The notes under the pieces were generated by a model that saw only the letters and a program-made list of their open reading frames with translations, had not been told where the DNA came from and searched no databases. From assembly GCF_002305855.1 (NCBI RefSeq), contig NZ_CP022163.1, positions 6,811,765 through 6,875,764 of the forward strand: a DNA stretch of 64,000 nt. Direction: 5' to 3'. The position numbers were made by a program, and so were the translations under genes. Origin of the DNA: Melittangium boletus DSM 14713. Lineage in GTDB: Bacteria > Myxococcota > Myxococcia > Myxococcales > Myxococcaceae. Positions 1 through 8,944 of the stretch are shown here, one piece after another (position 1 is the stretch's first letter; each line of letters begins with the position of its first letter).

Positions 1-107
1 TGCAGCGGCTCCAGGAGGGCAATGCCAGGGTGACCCTCGTGCCGGAGAACCAGAAGAGCGATCTGCTCGTACAACTGCTGGCATCCTCGCAAACGGCTCC
101 CCGGTAA
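1..107 (+). CDS. 3' end of an unidentified CDS whose start lies upstream of the window (frame 3, stop TAA at 105-107)
   Basis: Open frame from the window edge, ...VTLVPENQKSDLLVQLLASSQTAPR*, with mostly G/C third positions. Confidence 0.25.
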   Translation, partial: QRLQEGNARVTLVPENQKSDLLVQLLASSQTAPR

Positions 108-299
108 CGCCTCCAGGACTGTCTTCTGATGCATCGCGGCACGGGCGCGTGCATCGTCAGTCAGCCGACACCTGGGGGGAATGCCTTCGGGGGTGGGAGG
201 TTTTCCCAATTTTTCTGTTTCTGAGATGGCTTGTGGCCGGGGGTTCCGTCACACTCGGATTGGAGTACGCAGAACCCCCCTTACCTCACGAGAACAACC

Positions 300-2582
300 A
301 TGCTCAGCAGATCCACGGGAATGGCCGCCGCGATGTTGGTGGCTGGCCTCCTGGCGGGAGAAGGGCAGGCCGCCGTCGATGGCGTGCAGCCCTCTGGCTC
401 CTCCGCCCTCTTCTACGTCAACACCACGTCATGGGCTGACATCCATTACAAGGTGAACAATGGCGGCCAGCTCAATGTCCGGATGACGGTCACCAACGGA
501 CGCAATCAATACACGGTGGGCAACCTGGTCCGTGGCGACACCATCGATTACAACTTCACCTATTGGGACATCTCCTGCAACTGTGCCCGGGACACGGCCC
601 AGACCCGCTATACCCATGGAAGCTCCACGGGGGGAGATGGCGGCGTGGATGCCGGAACGCCCGACTCGGGGACCGACGCGGGAACGCCGCCCGACGCGGG
701 CACTCCGGGTGACGCGGGGACTCCGCCCGTCCTGGGCGCCATCGTCCCCCTGTACAACAGCTCCACGCCGCTCGAGCCCTCCCAGGTGGAGAACACGTCC
801 CAGGCGTTGATCACCCGCGTGGGCGGACGCGTGCGCGACCGTCACGCCCGTGAATCTCAATACCAGGCCTATGACCATTACCTGTCGCTGTACTTCGTCA
901 ACCGGACCTTCTGGGTCGAGATCGTCGACGAGGTGGCCAAGGGCGGCAACCAGATCACCGTCAATCTGCACACGATCTACCCCTTTGATGGCCCGGACTT
1001 CCGCGCCTTCTTCCGGGGCATCAACACGGTGGCCGAGTATTGGCATAACGCGCGCTTCACCCGCGTGAATGACTATCTCTTCACGTCGAGCGTGAGCTAC
1101 AACGCCAAGGAAGGCCGCGCCATCCGCAATGGCGACCGCATGGAGATCGAGATCGGCGTCTTCCTCAAGCAGCCCGTGGAAGGCCGCTGGAACTACTACT
1201 CGGATGTGTGGCTGTACATGGTGGGCGGTGGCGGCATCGTGCCGTTCGAGGGCGTGGGAGCGCTCCGGGACTCCTTCCCCCTGCCGGAGACCGCGTGGAG
1301 CGGTGGCCGCGGCACCATGAACTACCCGTTCTCCGATGAGCCCGCCAGCCGCTTCAAGCAGATGGTGTTGAACATGGCGCCGGTGAACGCGCAGCCCTTC
1401 GTCGAGGGCCGCCGCCTGCACCACACCAACTTCCGGGATGGCACCCACTCCGAGTCCGGCAACCCTGTCTTCACCGAGCAGGTGGGCAAGCTGGGGACGA
1501 ACTACATCGAGGTCTCGTGCATCGCCTGCCACGTGAACAACGGCCGCGCGCTGCCTCCCGCCGTCAACACCTCGCTGACCCGGAGCGTGGTCAAGGTGGG
1601 CCGGGTCAATGGCAGCACCGTGACCGCGGATCCCGCCCTGGGCTCCAAGCTGCAGCCGCGCAGCACCAGCGGTACCCCCGAGGCGGATGTGCGCATCACC
1701 CAGTGGGTCAATAGCAGTGGCACGTACGCGGATGGCACGGCCTACCAGCTGCGCAAGCCCACCTACGGCTTCACCAACGTCATCCCCACCCACTTCTCCG
1801 CCCGCATCACGCCGCAGCTCATCGGCATGGGTCTGCTCGAGGCCATTCCCGAGAGCGCCATCGCCGCGCTGGCCGATCCGTCGGACACGAACAAGGATGG
1901 CGTCTCCGGCCGCATGCAGACGGTGCTCGATCCCCAGACGGGCCAGACGCGTCTGGGCCGCTTCGGCTGGAAGGCGAGCGCTTCGTCCGTGCGCCACCAG
2001 GTCGCCGATGCCTTCAATGGCGACATGGGCGTCACGTCGTCCCTGTTCAGGACCCTGGACTGTGGCTCGGCGCAGGCCGGCTGCTCGGGCTCCAGCACGG
2101 AGCTGAGCGACCAGGACCTGGACAAGATCGTGCGCTACATCTCCCTGCTGGGCGTGCCGGCGCGCCGCGATCTCAACGATGCCCAGGCCCTGCGCGGCGA
2201 GACGCTCTTCCAGAGCGCGGGCTGCGGCAAGTGCCACACGGCCACGCTGACGACGAGCGCGTACCACCCGAAGGCGGAGCTGCGCGGTCAGACGATCCAC
2301 CCCTACACGGACCTGCTCCTGCACGACATGGGCACGGGCCTGGCCGACAACCTGCCCGACGGCATCGCCACCGGCGCGGAGTGGCGCACGCCGCCGCTGT
2401 GGAGCATCGGCCTGACGCCGGCCATCAGCGGGGGCGAGGCCTACCTGCATGACGGCCGTGCCCGCACCCTCCAGGAGGCCATCCTCTGGCACGGGGGCGA
2501 GGCGCAGGCGGCCCAGCAGGCCTTCGTCAAGATGTCGAGCTCCGACCGGGATGCGTTGATCCGCTTCCTGAAGTCCATCTGA
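300..2582 (+). CDS. Secreted DUF1111-family di-haem cytochrome c peroxidase-like protein with an N-terminal carbohydrate-binding-like beta-sandwich region and a DAGTP-repeat linker
   Basis: Signal peptide MLSRSTGMAAAMLVAGLLAG. Two CXXCH motifs (CIACH, CGKCH). C-terminal ...ILWHGGEAQ...IRFLKSI is typical of DUF1111. The ATG at 300 was chosen inside the TTG-started ORF 231..2582. Confidence 0.6.
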   Translation: MLSRSTGMAAAMLVAGLLAGEGQAAVDGVQPSGSSALFYVNTTSWADIHYKVNNGGQLNVRMTVTNGRNQYTVGNLVRGDTIDYNFTYWDISCNCARDTAQTRYTHGSSTGGDGGVDAGTPDSGTDAGTPPDAGTPGDAGTPPVLGAIVPLYNSSTPLEPSQVENTSQALITRVGGRVRDRHARESQYQAYDHYLSLYFVNRTFWVEIVDEVAKGGNQITVNLHTIYPFDGPDFRAFFRGINTVAEYWHNARFTRVNDYLFTSSVSYNAKEGRAIRNGDRMEIEIGVFLKQPVEGRWNYYSDVWLYMVGGGGIVPFEGVGALRDSFPLPETAWSGGRGTMNYPFSDEPASRFKQMVLNMAPVNAQPFVEGRRLHHTNFRDGTHSESGNPVFTEQVGKLGTNYIEVSCIACHVNNGRALPPAVNTSLTRSVVKVGRVNGSTVTADPALGSKLQPRSTSGTPEADVRITQWVNSSGTYADGTAYQLRKPTYGFTNVIPTHFSARITPQLIGMGLLEAIPESAIAALADPSDTNKDGVSGRMQTVLDPQTGQTRLGRFGWKASASSVRHQVADAFNGDMGVTSSLFRTLDCGSAQAGCSGSSTELSDQDLDKIVRYISLLGVPARRDLNDAQALRGETLFQSAGCGKCHTATLTTSAYHPKAELRGQTIHPYTDLLLHDMGTGLADNLPDGIATGAEWRTPPLWSIGLTPAISGGEAYLHDGRARTLQEAILWHGGEAQAAQQAFVKMSSSDRDALIRFLKSI

Positions 2583-2726
2583 GCCGATGCGCCCCCCTCC
2601 GGAGCGAGGGAGGGGGGCGGGGGAGGCCGACCTCACGTGTCGGGTTGGCCACCCGATGGGAGACGTCATACTGACTTCCCCAGTCATGTCCTCTGAGGTA
2701 GGACGGGGCATCCGACTGGAGAAGAC

Positions 2727-3152
2727 ATGTCCACGACCGTCACCATCACCATGCATGAGCGCCGCTTCTTCGAGCGCATCTACCAAGTTGTCGAGCAGGT
2801 TCCTTCCGGCCAGGTCTCCACCTATGGAGACATCGCGATCATCGTGGGAGGAGGCTGCGACGCGCGCGTCGTGGGGCTCGCGATGGGCGACCTGGGGCCG
2901 CGCGCCGCCCAGGTCCCCTGGCAGCGCATCATCAACCGCTCGGGAGGCATCAGCACCCAGGAGGGCGTGGGCCAGCGCGAGCTGCTCCGGGCCGAGGGCG
3001 TCGAGTTCGACGACAAGGGCAAGGTGCTCCTGGAGCGCTTCCGCTGGGCGGGCCCCTCCGCGGAGTGGGCCGCGAAGCACGGTTTCACCCCATTGCCCGC
3101 TCGTGGCACCTCCAAGGATGAGGAGGACAAGTCACAACTGCGCTTGTTCTGA
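2727..3152 (+). CDS. MGMT-family DNA-binding domain protein without the PCHR catalytic cysteine (alkyltransferase-like, Atl-type)
   Basis: YGDIA...PWQRIINRSGGIS motif region with no PCHRV; 141 aa. Confidence 0.6.
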   Translation: MSTTVTITMHERRFFERIYQVVEQVPSGQVSTYGDIAIIVGGGCDARVVGLAMGDLGPRAAQVPWQRIINRSGGISTQEGVGQRELLRAEGVEFDDKGKVLLERFRWAGPSAEWAAKHGFTPLPARGTSKDEEDKSQLRLF

Positions 3153-3191
3153 GCCGTCCGGGCGGAGGTACGTGTTTATACTCCCGCCCCC

Positions 3192-4559
3192 ATGGAAGGC
3201 CGCCTCGTCCTCAAGAATTGCTCCATCTTCCGCGCGGATGGCCGCGGCCGCGCCGGAATGGCCGTTGTCGTCGAGGAGGGGTTGATCCGCCAGGTCGCCC
3301 CCGACGCGGAGGTGCCTGTTCTTCCCGGCGACTGGGAGGTGGCATGCCGTGGACGCCTGGTGATGCCCGGGCTCGTGGATTGCCACTCCCATCTGGTGGG
3401 GGATCTGCTCATGCCGTCCTCGGGTGAGCTGCTCCTCCACCCGCCGCATGTGCGATTCGATCACGAGCGCCTGCTGGCCTCGCACCTCACCCTCGAGGAC
3501 GTGGAGGTGCTGGCTTGTCATTCCATGGCCCGCGCGCTGCGCACGGGCGTCACGCTGGCGGTGGACCACCTGTCGTGTCCGGGAAACGTGTCCGGAGCGC
3601 TCGATGCCATGGCGCGCGCGGCGGAGCGGCTCGGCATGCGGCTGGTGGCGAGCCATGCCACCCACGGCCTGGATGGAGACGCACCGTCCCTTGCCCAGGC
3701 CGAGGCCAATGCCGATTTCGTGCGGCGCCAGCACTCCCATCCCCGGGTGCGGGGGGCGCTTGGCTTCCATGCCTCGTGGACGAGCGGGGACGCGTTGCTC
3801 GGGTTGCTGGGCCGGATGCGTGAGAAGTCGGGAGATCCGCTCATTTTCCACCTGTCCGAGGGGGACCATGATCTGGCCATGACGTGGGCGACCTACGGCC
3901 GACGCGTGGTGCCGCGCCTGGAGTCCTTTGGTCTGCTGGGGCCCTTGTCGGTGGCCGGGTTCGCGCGCTCCGTGGATGACGCCGAGTCCATCGTCCTGGC
4001 GCAGTCCGGCACCTGCGTGGCGCTCGGCCCGAGGACGGCGCTGCTCGTGGAGCCCAGTGGCCGCGCCCTGGAGACGCTGTATGGCCGCCAGAACCTGATC
4101 GGCCTGGGCAGCGCCGGGCACGGCAACCTCTGGGACTCCATGTCCTCCACGCTCGTCACCGCCCTGGCGGCCGCCCGGGGGTCTCGCCTGGTGGATCCCG
4201 ATGGCGTGGTCGCCCAGGTGTGCTCGGACGGTCCGGCGGAGCTGTGCTCGCGCCTCTTCGGTGTCCCCTCCGGCTCGGTGGAGGAGGGGCGGTTGGCGGA
4301 CCTGGTGGTGTTCGACTGCGTGCCGGCGCTGGACACGGACAGCGGGCAGGCCCCGTATCTGTTCGGTCAGCTGACGCGCTCGCGCGTGGCGTGGACCATC
4401 GTGGACGGCCGCGTCACCGTGCGGGAGGGCCAGTTGCTCGGCGTGGACGAGATGGCGCTGGCGCGTGAGGCCTCGCGCGTCCTGTCCCGGCTCTGGGCCC
4501 AGGCCCGCCTGCCCGAGCCTCCCGAAGGCCCCTCGCTCTCGCAAGAGCGCCGGTCATGA
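3192..4559 (+). CDS. Amidohydrolase-family protein (chlorohydrolase/deaminase-like)
   Basis: Metal-binding PGLVDCHSHL motif near the N-terminus; 455 aa. The antisense ORF 3132..4544 was rejected. Confidence 0.6.
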   Translation: MEGRLVLKNCSIFRADGRGRAGMAVVVEEGLIRQVAPDAEVPVLPGDWEVACRGRLVMPGLVDCHSHLVGDLLMPSSGELLLHPPHVRFDHERLLASHLTLEDVEVLACHSMARALRTGVTLAVDHLSCPGNVSGALDAMARAAERLGMRLVASHATHGLDGDAPSLAQAEANADFVRRQHSHPRVRGALGFHASWTSGDALLGLLGRMREKSGDPLIFHLSEGDHDLAMTWATYGRRVVPRLESFGLLGPLSVAGFARSVDDAESIVLAQSGTCVALGPRTALLVEPSGRALETLYGRQNLIGLGSAGHGNLWDSMSSTLVTALAAARGSRLVDPDGVVAQVCSDGPAELCSRLFGVPSGSVEEGRLADLVVFDCVPALDTDSGQAPYLFGQLTRSRVAWTIVDGRVTVREGQLLGVDEMALAREASRVLSRLWAQARLPEPPEGPSLSQERRS

Positions 4560-5542
4560 GCCTGTCGAGCGCGTCACTGGTGGAGTGCTTGCGCCAGGCC
4601 CGGGAGCGCAGGGCCCCGCTGCGGGAGGATCCACGGACCACCGCCTACCGGCTCGTCAATGGCGCGCCAGAGGGGGTGCCCGATGTGACGGTGGACGTCT
4701 TCGAGTCCCTGCACGTGGTGAGCCTCTACCGCGACTTCTCCTCCGAGGAGGAGGCGGCGCTGCTGGGGGCGATGGACAGCGCGTGGGCGCCTGCGCTCGT
4801 GTACCTCAAGCGCAGGCCCCGGGAGGCACGCCACCTGGCCAACGTGGCCCGGGACAAGCTCGCGCCGGAAGAAGCCGTGCGAGGCGCCTCGGTGGAATCG
4901 GTGGTGGCGCTGGAGAACGGGTGGCGTTTCCTCATCCGCCCGGCGCAGGGCCTGTCGGTGGGGCTGTACCTGGACATGCGCGACACGCGGGCGTGGCTGG
5001 CGGGGCAGGTGCGAGGCCTCACGGTGCTCAACCTCTTCTCCTATACGTGCGGCTTTGGCGTGGCGGCCCACGCGGGGGGGGCCCGGCGGGTGCTCAACGT
5101 GGACGCGAGCCGGCGCGTGCTGGACTGGGGCGAGGAGAACGCGCGCCTCAACGGACAGCTCGTGGAGCGCTACGACTACGTGGCGGGGGATGTCTTCGAT
5201 TGGCTCGAGCGGCTGGCGCGCAAGGGTGAGACCTTCGACGTGGTGGTGGCGGATCCTCCGTCCTTCGCCACCACGCGCACGAGCCGCTTCTCCGCCGCGA
5301 AGGACTATGCCTCCCTGGCCGAGGCCTGCGCGCGGGTGGTGGTTCCGGGGGGGCGGCTGGTGGCCTGCTGCAACCTGGCCACGCTGGCGCCGCGCCGCTT
5401 CGAGGCCATGGTGGCCGAGGGCGTCGCCCGGGCGGGCCGCCGGAGTCGGGGCGGGCCGAGCCTGGGGCCGTCGCCCGTGGACTTTCCGGCGTCGGCGGAG
5501 CACCCAGCGGCCCTCAAGGTACGGGTGCTCGAGCTGGCGTGA
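4556..5542 (+). CDS. Class I SAM-dependent rRNA methyltransferase (RlmI/RlmK-like)
   Basis: Motifs LNLFSYTCGFGVAA...VLNVDAS...DVVVADPPSF. Start overlaps the upstream gene as ATGA. Confidence 0.6.
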   Translation: MSLSSASLVECLRQARERRAPLREDPRTTAYRLVNGAPEGVPDVTVDVFESLHVVSLYRDFSSEEEAALLGAMDSAWAPALVYLKRRPREARHLANVARDKLAPEEAVRGASVESVVALENGWRFLIRPAQGLSVGLYLDMRDTRAWLAGQVRGLTVLNLFSYTCGFGVAAHAGGARRVLNVDASRRVLDWGEENARLNGQLVERYDYVAGDVFDWLERLARKGETFDVVVADPPSFATTRTSRFSAAKDYASLAEACARVVVPGGRLVACCNLATLAPRRFEAMVAEGVARAGRRSRGGPSLGPSPVDFPASAEHPAALKVRVLELA

Positions 5543-5599
5543 GGCGTGCCTCAACTCTCGTGGCCGCCAGGCCCGTGAAGGCGCTATCGTGGCACTCCC

Positions 5600-6793
5600 G
5601 TGCCTCCCGCCACCCCGCGCACCCCCGTGCCGTTTGGCCAGTACAAGCTGCTCGAGCGCCTCGCCGTGGGCGGTATGGCCGAGGTGTTCCTCGCCAACCA
5701 GCCCGGCCCGGACGGCTTCGAGAAGCCCGTGGTCATCAAGCGCATCCGGCCCCACCTGTCCAAGCAGCCGGCCTTCGTGCGCATGTTCCTCAACGAGGCG
5801 CGGCTCGCCGCCCAGCTCAACCACCCCAACATCGTGCAGATCCACGACCTGGGGAAGGTGGGGGAGAGCTACTACATCGGCATGGAGTACCTGTTCGGCC
5901 GGGACACGCGCCGGGTGGTGCCCAAGGCCGAGTCGCTCGGCATCTCCTTTCCCATGGTGTACGCGCTGAAGATCGCCTCGTCCGTCTGCGAGGGCCTGTA
6001 CTACGCGCACCAGAAGGTGGACCTGTACGGCTCGCCGCTCAACATCGTCCACCGGGACGTGACGCCGGAGAACATCTTCGTGTGCTTCGACGGCACGGTG
6101 AAGGTGCTCGACTTCGGCATCGCCAAGGCGGCCAATCGCGCCGAGCAGACGACGCGCGCCGGGGAGCTGCGCGGCAAGCTCAGCTACCTGAGCCCCGAGC
6201 AGTGCCTGGGCAAGCCGGTGGATCACCGCAGTGATTTGTTCTCCCTGGGCGCGGTGCTCTACGAGTGGTTGACGGGCTTCAAGCTCTTCACGGGCGAGTC
6301 GGATGTGGCGGTGATGCGCAGCATCGTGGACGGCAAGGTGTACGCGCCCTCCTACTTCCGCGCGGACATCCCCGAGCCCGTGGAAGCCATCCTCATGAAG
6401 GCGCTGGAGCGCGACCGGGACAAGCGCTACCCGACGGCCTGGCACTTCCAGCAGGACCTGGACCGCTTCCTCAACGCGTACGACTTCACCCCGACGAACC
6501 TCCACCTCTCCAACTTCCTCAAGCAGGTCTTCCTCGACGAGCTGGAGGAGGAGCAGCAGCGGATGCGGGCCCCGGCCGAGCCCGAGCCCGCCGTGGCTCC
6601 GCCCCCTCCCACGTTGGATCTGGAGCTGCCTCCGGACGACGCCGACAGCGCCCCCTCGGGTGGCGAGCGCATCGTCCCGGTGTCCGTCACCGCCGCCCAG
6701 CTCGAGACGCTGGAGGCGCTCGCGCGCAAGCACCACGTCCCCGTGGGGCGCATGGTGGGCGAACTCCTCACCGCCTGGCTCAAGTACCGCTGA
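5600..6793 (+). CDS. Serine/threonine protein kinase
   Basis: Hanks kinase motifs YKLLERLAVGGMAEVF, HRDVTPENIF, DFGIAKA; GTG start. Confidence 0.8.
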   Translation: MPPATPRTPVPFGQYKLLERLAVGGMAEVFLANQPGPDGFEKPVVIKRIRPHLSKQPAFVRMFLNEARLAAQLNHPNIVQIHDLGKVGESYYIGMEYLFGRDTRRVVPKAESLGISFPMVYALKIASSVCEGLYYAHQKVDLYGSPLNIVHRDVTPENIFVCFDGTVKVLDFGIAKAANRAEQTTRAGELRGKLSYLSPEQCLGKPVDHRSDLFSLGAVLYEWLTGFKLFTGESDVAVMRSIVDGKVYAPSYFRADIPEPVEAILMKALERDRDKRYPTAWHFQQDLDRFLNAYDFTPTNLHLSNFLKQVFLDELEEEQQRMRAPAEPEPAVAPPPPTLDLELPPDDADSAPSGGERIVPVSVTAAQLETLEALARKHHVPVGRMVGELLTAWLKYR

Positions 6794-6794
6794 C

Positions 6795-7589
6795 ATGCCC
6801 CGCATCAAGCTGACGGTCGAGTACCAGGGGACGCACTATGTCGGGTGGCAGGTGCAACCCAACGGCGTCTCCATCCAGGCCCGGTTGATGGACGCCGTGG
6901 AGCGGCTGCTCGGCGAGCGCGTGCCCGTGGAGGCGGCGGGCCGCACGGACGCGGGCGTGCACGCCACCGGACAGGTGGTGTGCCTGAGCACCGAGCGCGT
7001 CTTGCCACTCAAGGCGTACTGGATGGGGCTCAACAGCCTGCTGCCCGAGGACATCGCCGTGGTGCACGCCGAGGAGGTGCCCGCCGAGTTCGATCCGCGC
7101 CGCTGGTCGCTTGGCAAGCGCTACCGCTACCGGCTGAGCAATCGGCCCTCGCGCTCACCCCTGCTCCGCGCGACGCACTGGGAGGTGTTCACCCCTCTGG
7201 ACGTGGAGGCCATGCGGCGCGGCGCCGCGCACCTGCTGGGGCGGCATGACTTCTCCTCCTTCCGGGCCTCGGATTGTCAGGCCGCCCATGCCCTGCGTGA
7301 GGTGCGCCGGGTGGAGATTCAAGGGGAGCGGGGAGGGTCCCTCTCCATCGCCGTGGAGGGCACCGCCTTCCTCAAGCACATGGTGCGCAACCTCGTGGGC
7401 ACCCTGGTGGAGGTGGGCAAGGGGCGCCGCCCGGCGGATTGGGTGGCCGACGTGCTCGCCGCGAGGGACCGCAAACGCGCCGGCCCCACCGCGCCCGCCC
7501 AGGGACTCGTCCTGGAGGAGGTCTTCTATGGCGATGGCCCGCCCCCTCGCACGCCCGGCGGTATGGCGGACGGTGGCGACGAGGAGTGA
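6795..7589 (+). CDS. truA: tRNA pseudouridine(38-40) synthase TruA
   Basis: MPRIKLTVEYQGTHYVGWQVQPN...GRTDAGVHATGQVV; the start lies 2 nt after the kinase stop. Confidence 0.85.
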   Translation: MPRIKLTVEYQGTHYVGWQVQPNGVSIQARLMDAVERLLGERVPVEAAGRTDAGVHATGQVVCLSTERVLPLKAYWMGLNSLLPEDIAVVHAEEVPAEFDPRRWSLGKRYRYRLSNRPSRSPLLRATHWEVFTPLDVEAMRRGAAHLLGRHDFSSFRASDCQAAHALREVRRVEIQGERGGSLSIAVEGTAFLKHMVRNLVGTLVEVGKGRRPADWVADVLAARDRKRAGPTAPAQGLVLEEVFYGDGPPPRTPGGMADGGDEE

Positions 7590-7638
7590 GACGCGGGAGT
7601 GCCTGCCCGGCTCGGGTCTGCGCTAGGCTCGCCTTCCC

Positions 7639-8289
7639 GTGAACTCCTCGAAGCCCCTCCTCGAACCGCTGCGCGTCCGCATCCGCCGTTTCCAGTTCAT
7701 CGTGGGGCTTGGCTTCCTCGCGTTGATCCTCGGCTCCATCCTGAGCGTGGGCCTGTCCCAGCGGCTCGCGGGCCGGGTCCAGGCCCTGCCCTTCGACTGG
7801 CTTCGCTTCGCCATCGGCCTGGGCGTGCAGAAGCTGTGGGTGCTCGCCGTGCTGCCCGGGCTCTGCTACGGCGCCGCCCGCGTCATCGACTTGCGCGCGC
7901 TGCCCACGGCGCTCGGCGCCGCGGTCTCCGGCCAGGTGTTCATCCTCGCGCTGGAGTTCGTTCAGGACGGCGTCGATGGTTGGGTGGAGCGGGGCTGGAT
8001 TGTCATCGGCCTGGAGTGGGCCGTGTTCGCCCTGGGCGTGTGGCTCGGCCAGCTCGCCGTGAAGCGGGGCCGTGTCGCCGCGACCACCCGGGAAGCGCAG
8101 GTGCGGGAGCGTGCCTCCGTGCGTGCGGACGAGTACGCGGAATTCCTCCGGGAGGCGGAGCGCGCGGGAGAGAAGATCGCCCAGCGCGACGAGGCGAAGG
8201 CCTCGGAGGTGGCGGAGACTGCCGGTGCCTCCGCCCCTGAGTCGTCCGAGCCCGCGACGGGGGAGAAGTCCAAGACGCCCGCCGCCTGA
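7639..8289 (+). CDS. Hypothetical integral membrane protein (about 4 TM)
   Basis: Hydrophobic segments, high G/C at third positions, GTG start; no recognisable domain. Confidence 0.45.
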   Translation: MNSSKPLLEPLRVRIRRFQFIVGLGFLALILGSILSVGLSQRLAGRVQALPFDWLRFAIGLGVQKLWVLAVLPGLCYGAARVIDLRALPTALGAAVSGQVFILALEFVQDGVDGWVERGWIVIGLEWAVFALGVWLGQLAVKRGRVAATTREAQVRERASVRADEYAEFLREAERAGEKIAQRDEAKASEVAETAGASAPESSEPATGEKSKTPAA

Positions 8290-8291
8290 GC

Positions 8292-8660
8292 TCAGCCGTG
8301 GACCACGCGCTTGACGCCCCGGCGCAGCAACAGGTCCGGCAGCTTGAAGCGGTGATCTCCCCGGAGGACGAGCCGCTCGCCGTCGACCGAGCCCGTGCAC
8401 GCGAGACCGCGCTGGAGGGCCTGGAGCCACGCCTGGAGTTCCGGGGAGCTCAGGCCCAGGCCTTCCACCACCGTGACTTCCTCTCCACCGCGGGTGTTCT
8501 CCCTGCGGAGGGTGACGCGCTCGGGTCCATGGGGGGGTGGCGTGTCGGGAAAGTCCTCCGGACGTCTCTCGGGTTGGGAGGAAGGCAGGGTGTCGCGCAG
8601 ACCTTGTAACCGGGCGAATGGGTGGTGGAACCCCTCCGCCGTGTCCTCCTTCTTCGCCAT
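8292..8660 (-). CDS. yciH: SUI1/YciH-family translation initiation factor
   Basis: C-terminal VTLRRENTRGGEEVTVVEGL...ACTGSVDGERLVLRGDHRFKLPDLL matches the SUI1 fold. Start is MAKKED, located by amino-acid offset inside the longer ORF. Confidence 0.7.
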   Translation of the reverse strand: MAKKEDTAEGFHHPFARLQGLRDTLPSSQPERRPEDFPDTPPPHGPERVTLRRENTRGGEEVTVVEGLGLSSPELQAWLQALQRGLACTGSVDGERLVLRGDHRFKLPDLLLRRGVKRVVHG

Positions 8661-8944
8661 GGTCCGTCCCTCCTTCTCGGAAAACCCGCCGTTCGACCAG
8701 GAGGACGAGCCTATTCCAGGTGGTGATGCCTGCCTGCCCTTCGTCCCAGGGGGTGATTTGACACTGCCTCCGCTAAAACGGATATTGCGTCCGCCACCTT
8801 GGACGAACAAGGTTTGGTCATTGGAGATGACCCCCCCATGAGTCAGGCCGCCGAAGTCATCAACCTCGAGGAGTTCCGCAAACGGCGCGCGTCCAGGCAG
8901 GTGTCGACTGGCGCACTCGTGCCCATGCATCGCTGGACGCCGGT

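Noticed and set aside
429-3080. 883-aa minus-strand ORF overlapping the DUF1111 and Atl genes. Similar long antisense ORFs lie at 3132..4544, 4574..6808, 10377..12215, 12228..13196, 15797..17317, 19521..21038, 21832..23955, 25833..27422, 28440..30269, 36627..39254, 43524..44909, 53346..58490, 58659..60602, 60554..62029 and 62625..63827
   Set aside because: These are typical GC-rich shadow ORFs. They are Arg/Ala/Gly/Pro-rich with no domain signatures, and each lies antisense to a gene that has clear motifs (CXXCH, Walker boxes, GH43, ClpB, DnaB, REC and others).
8395-8841. 148-aa plus-strand ORF overlapping the SUI1/yciH gene
   Set aside because: It is antisense to a gene with a clear SUI1 motif and has low-complexity Pro/Ser/Trp-rich composition.
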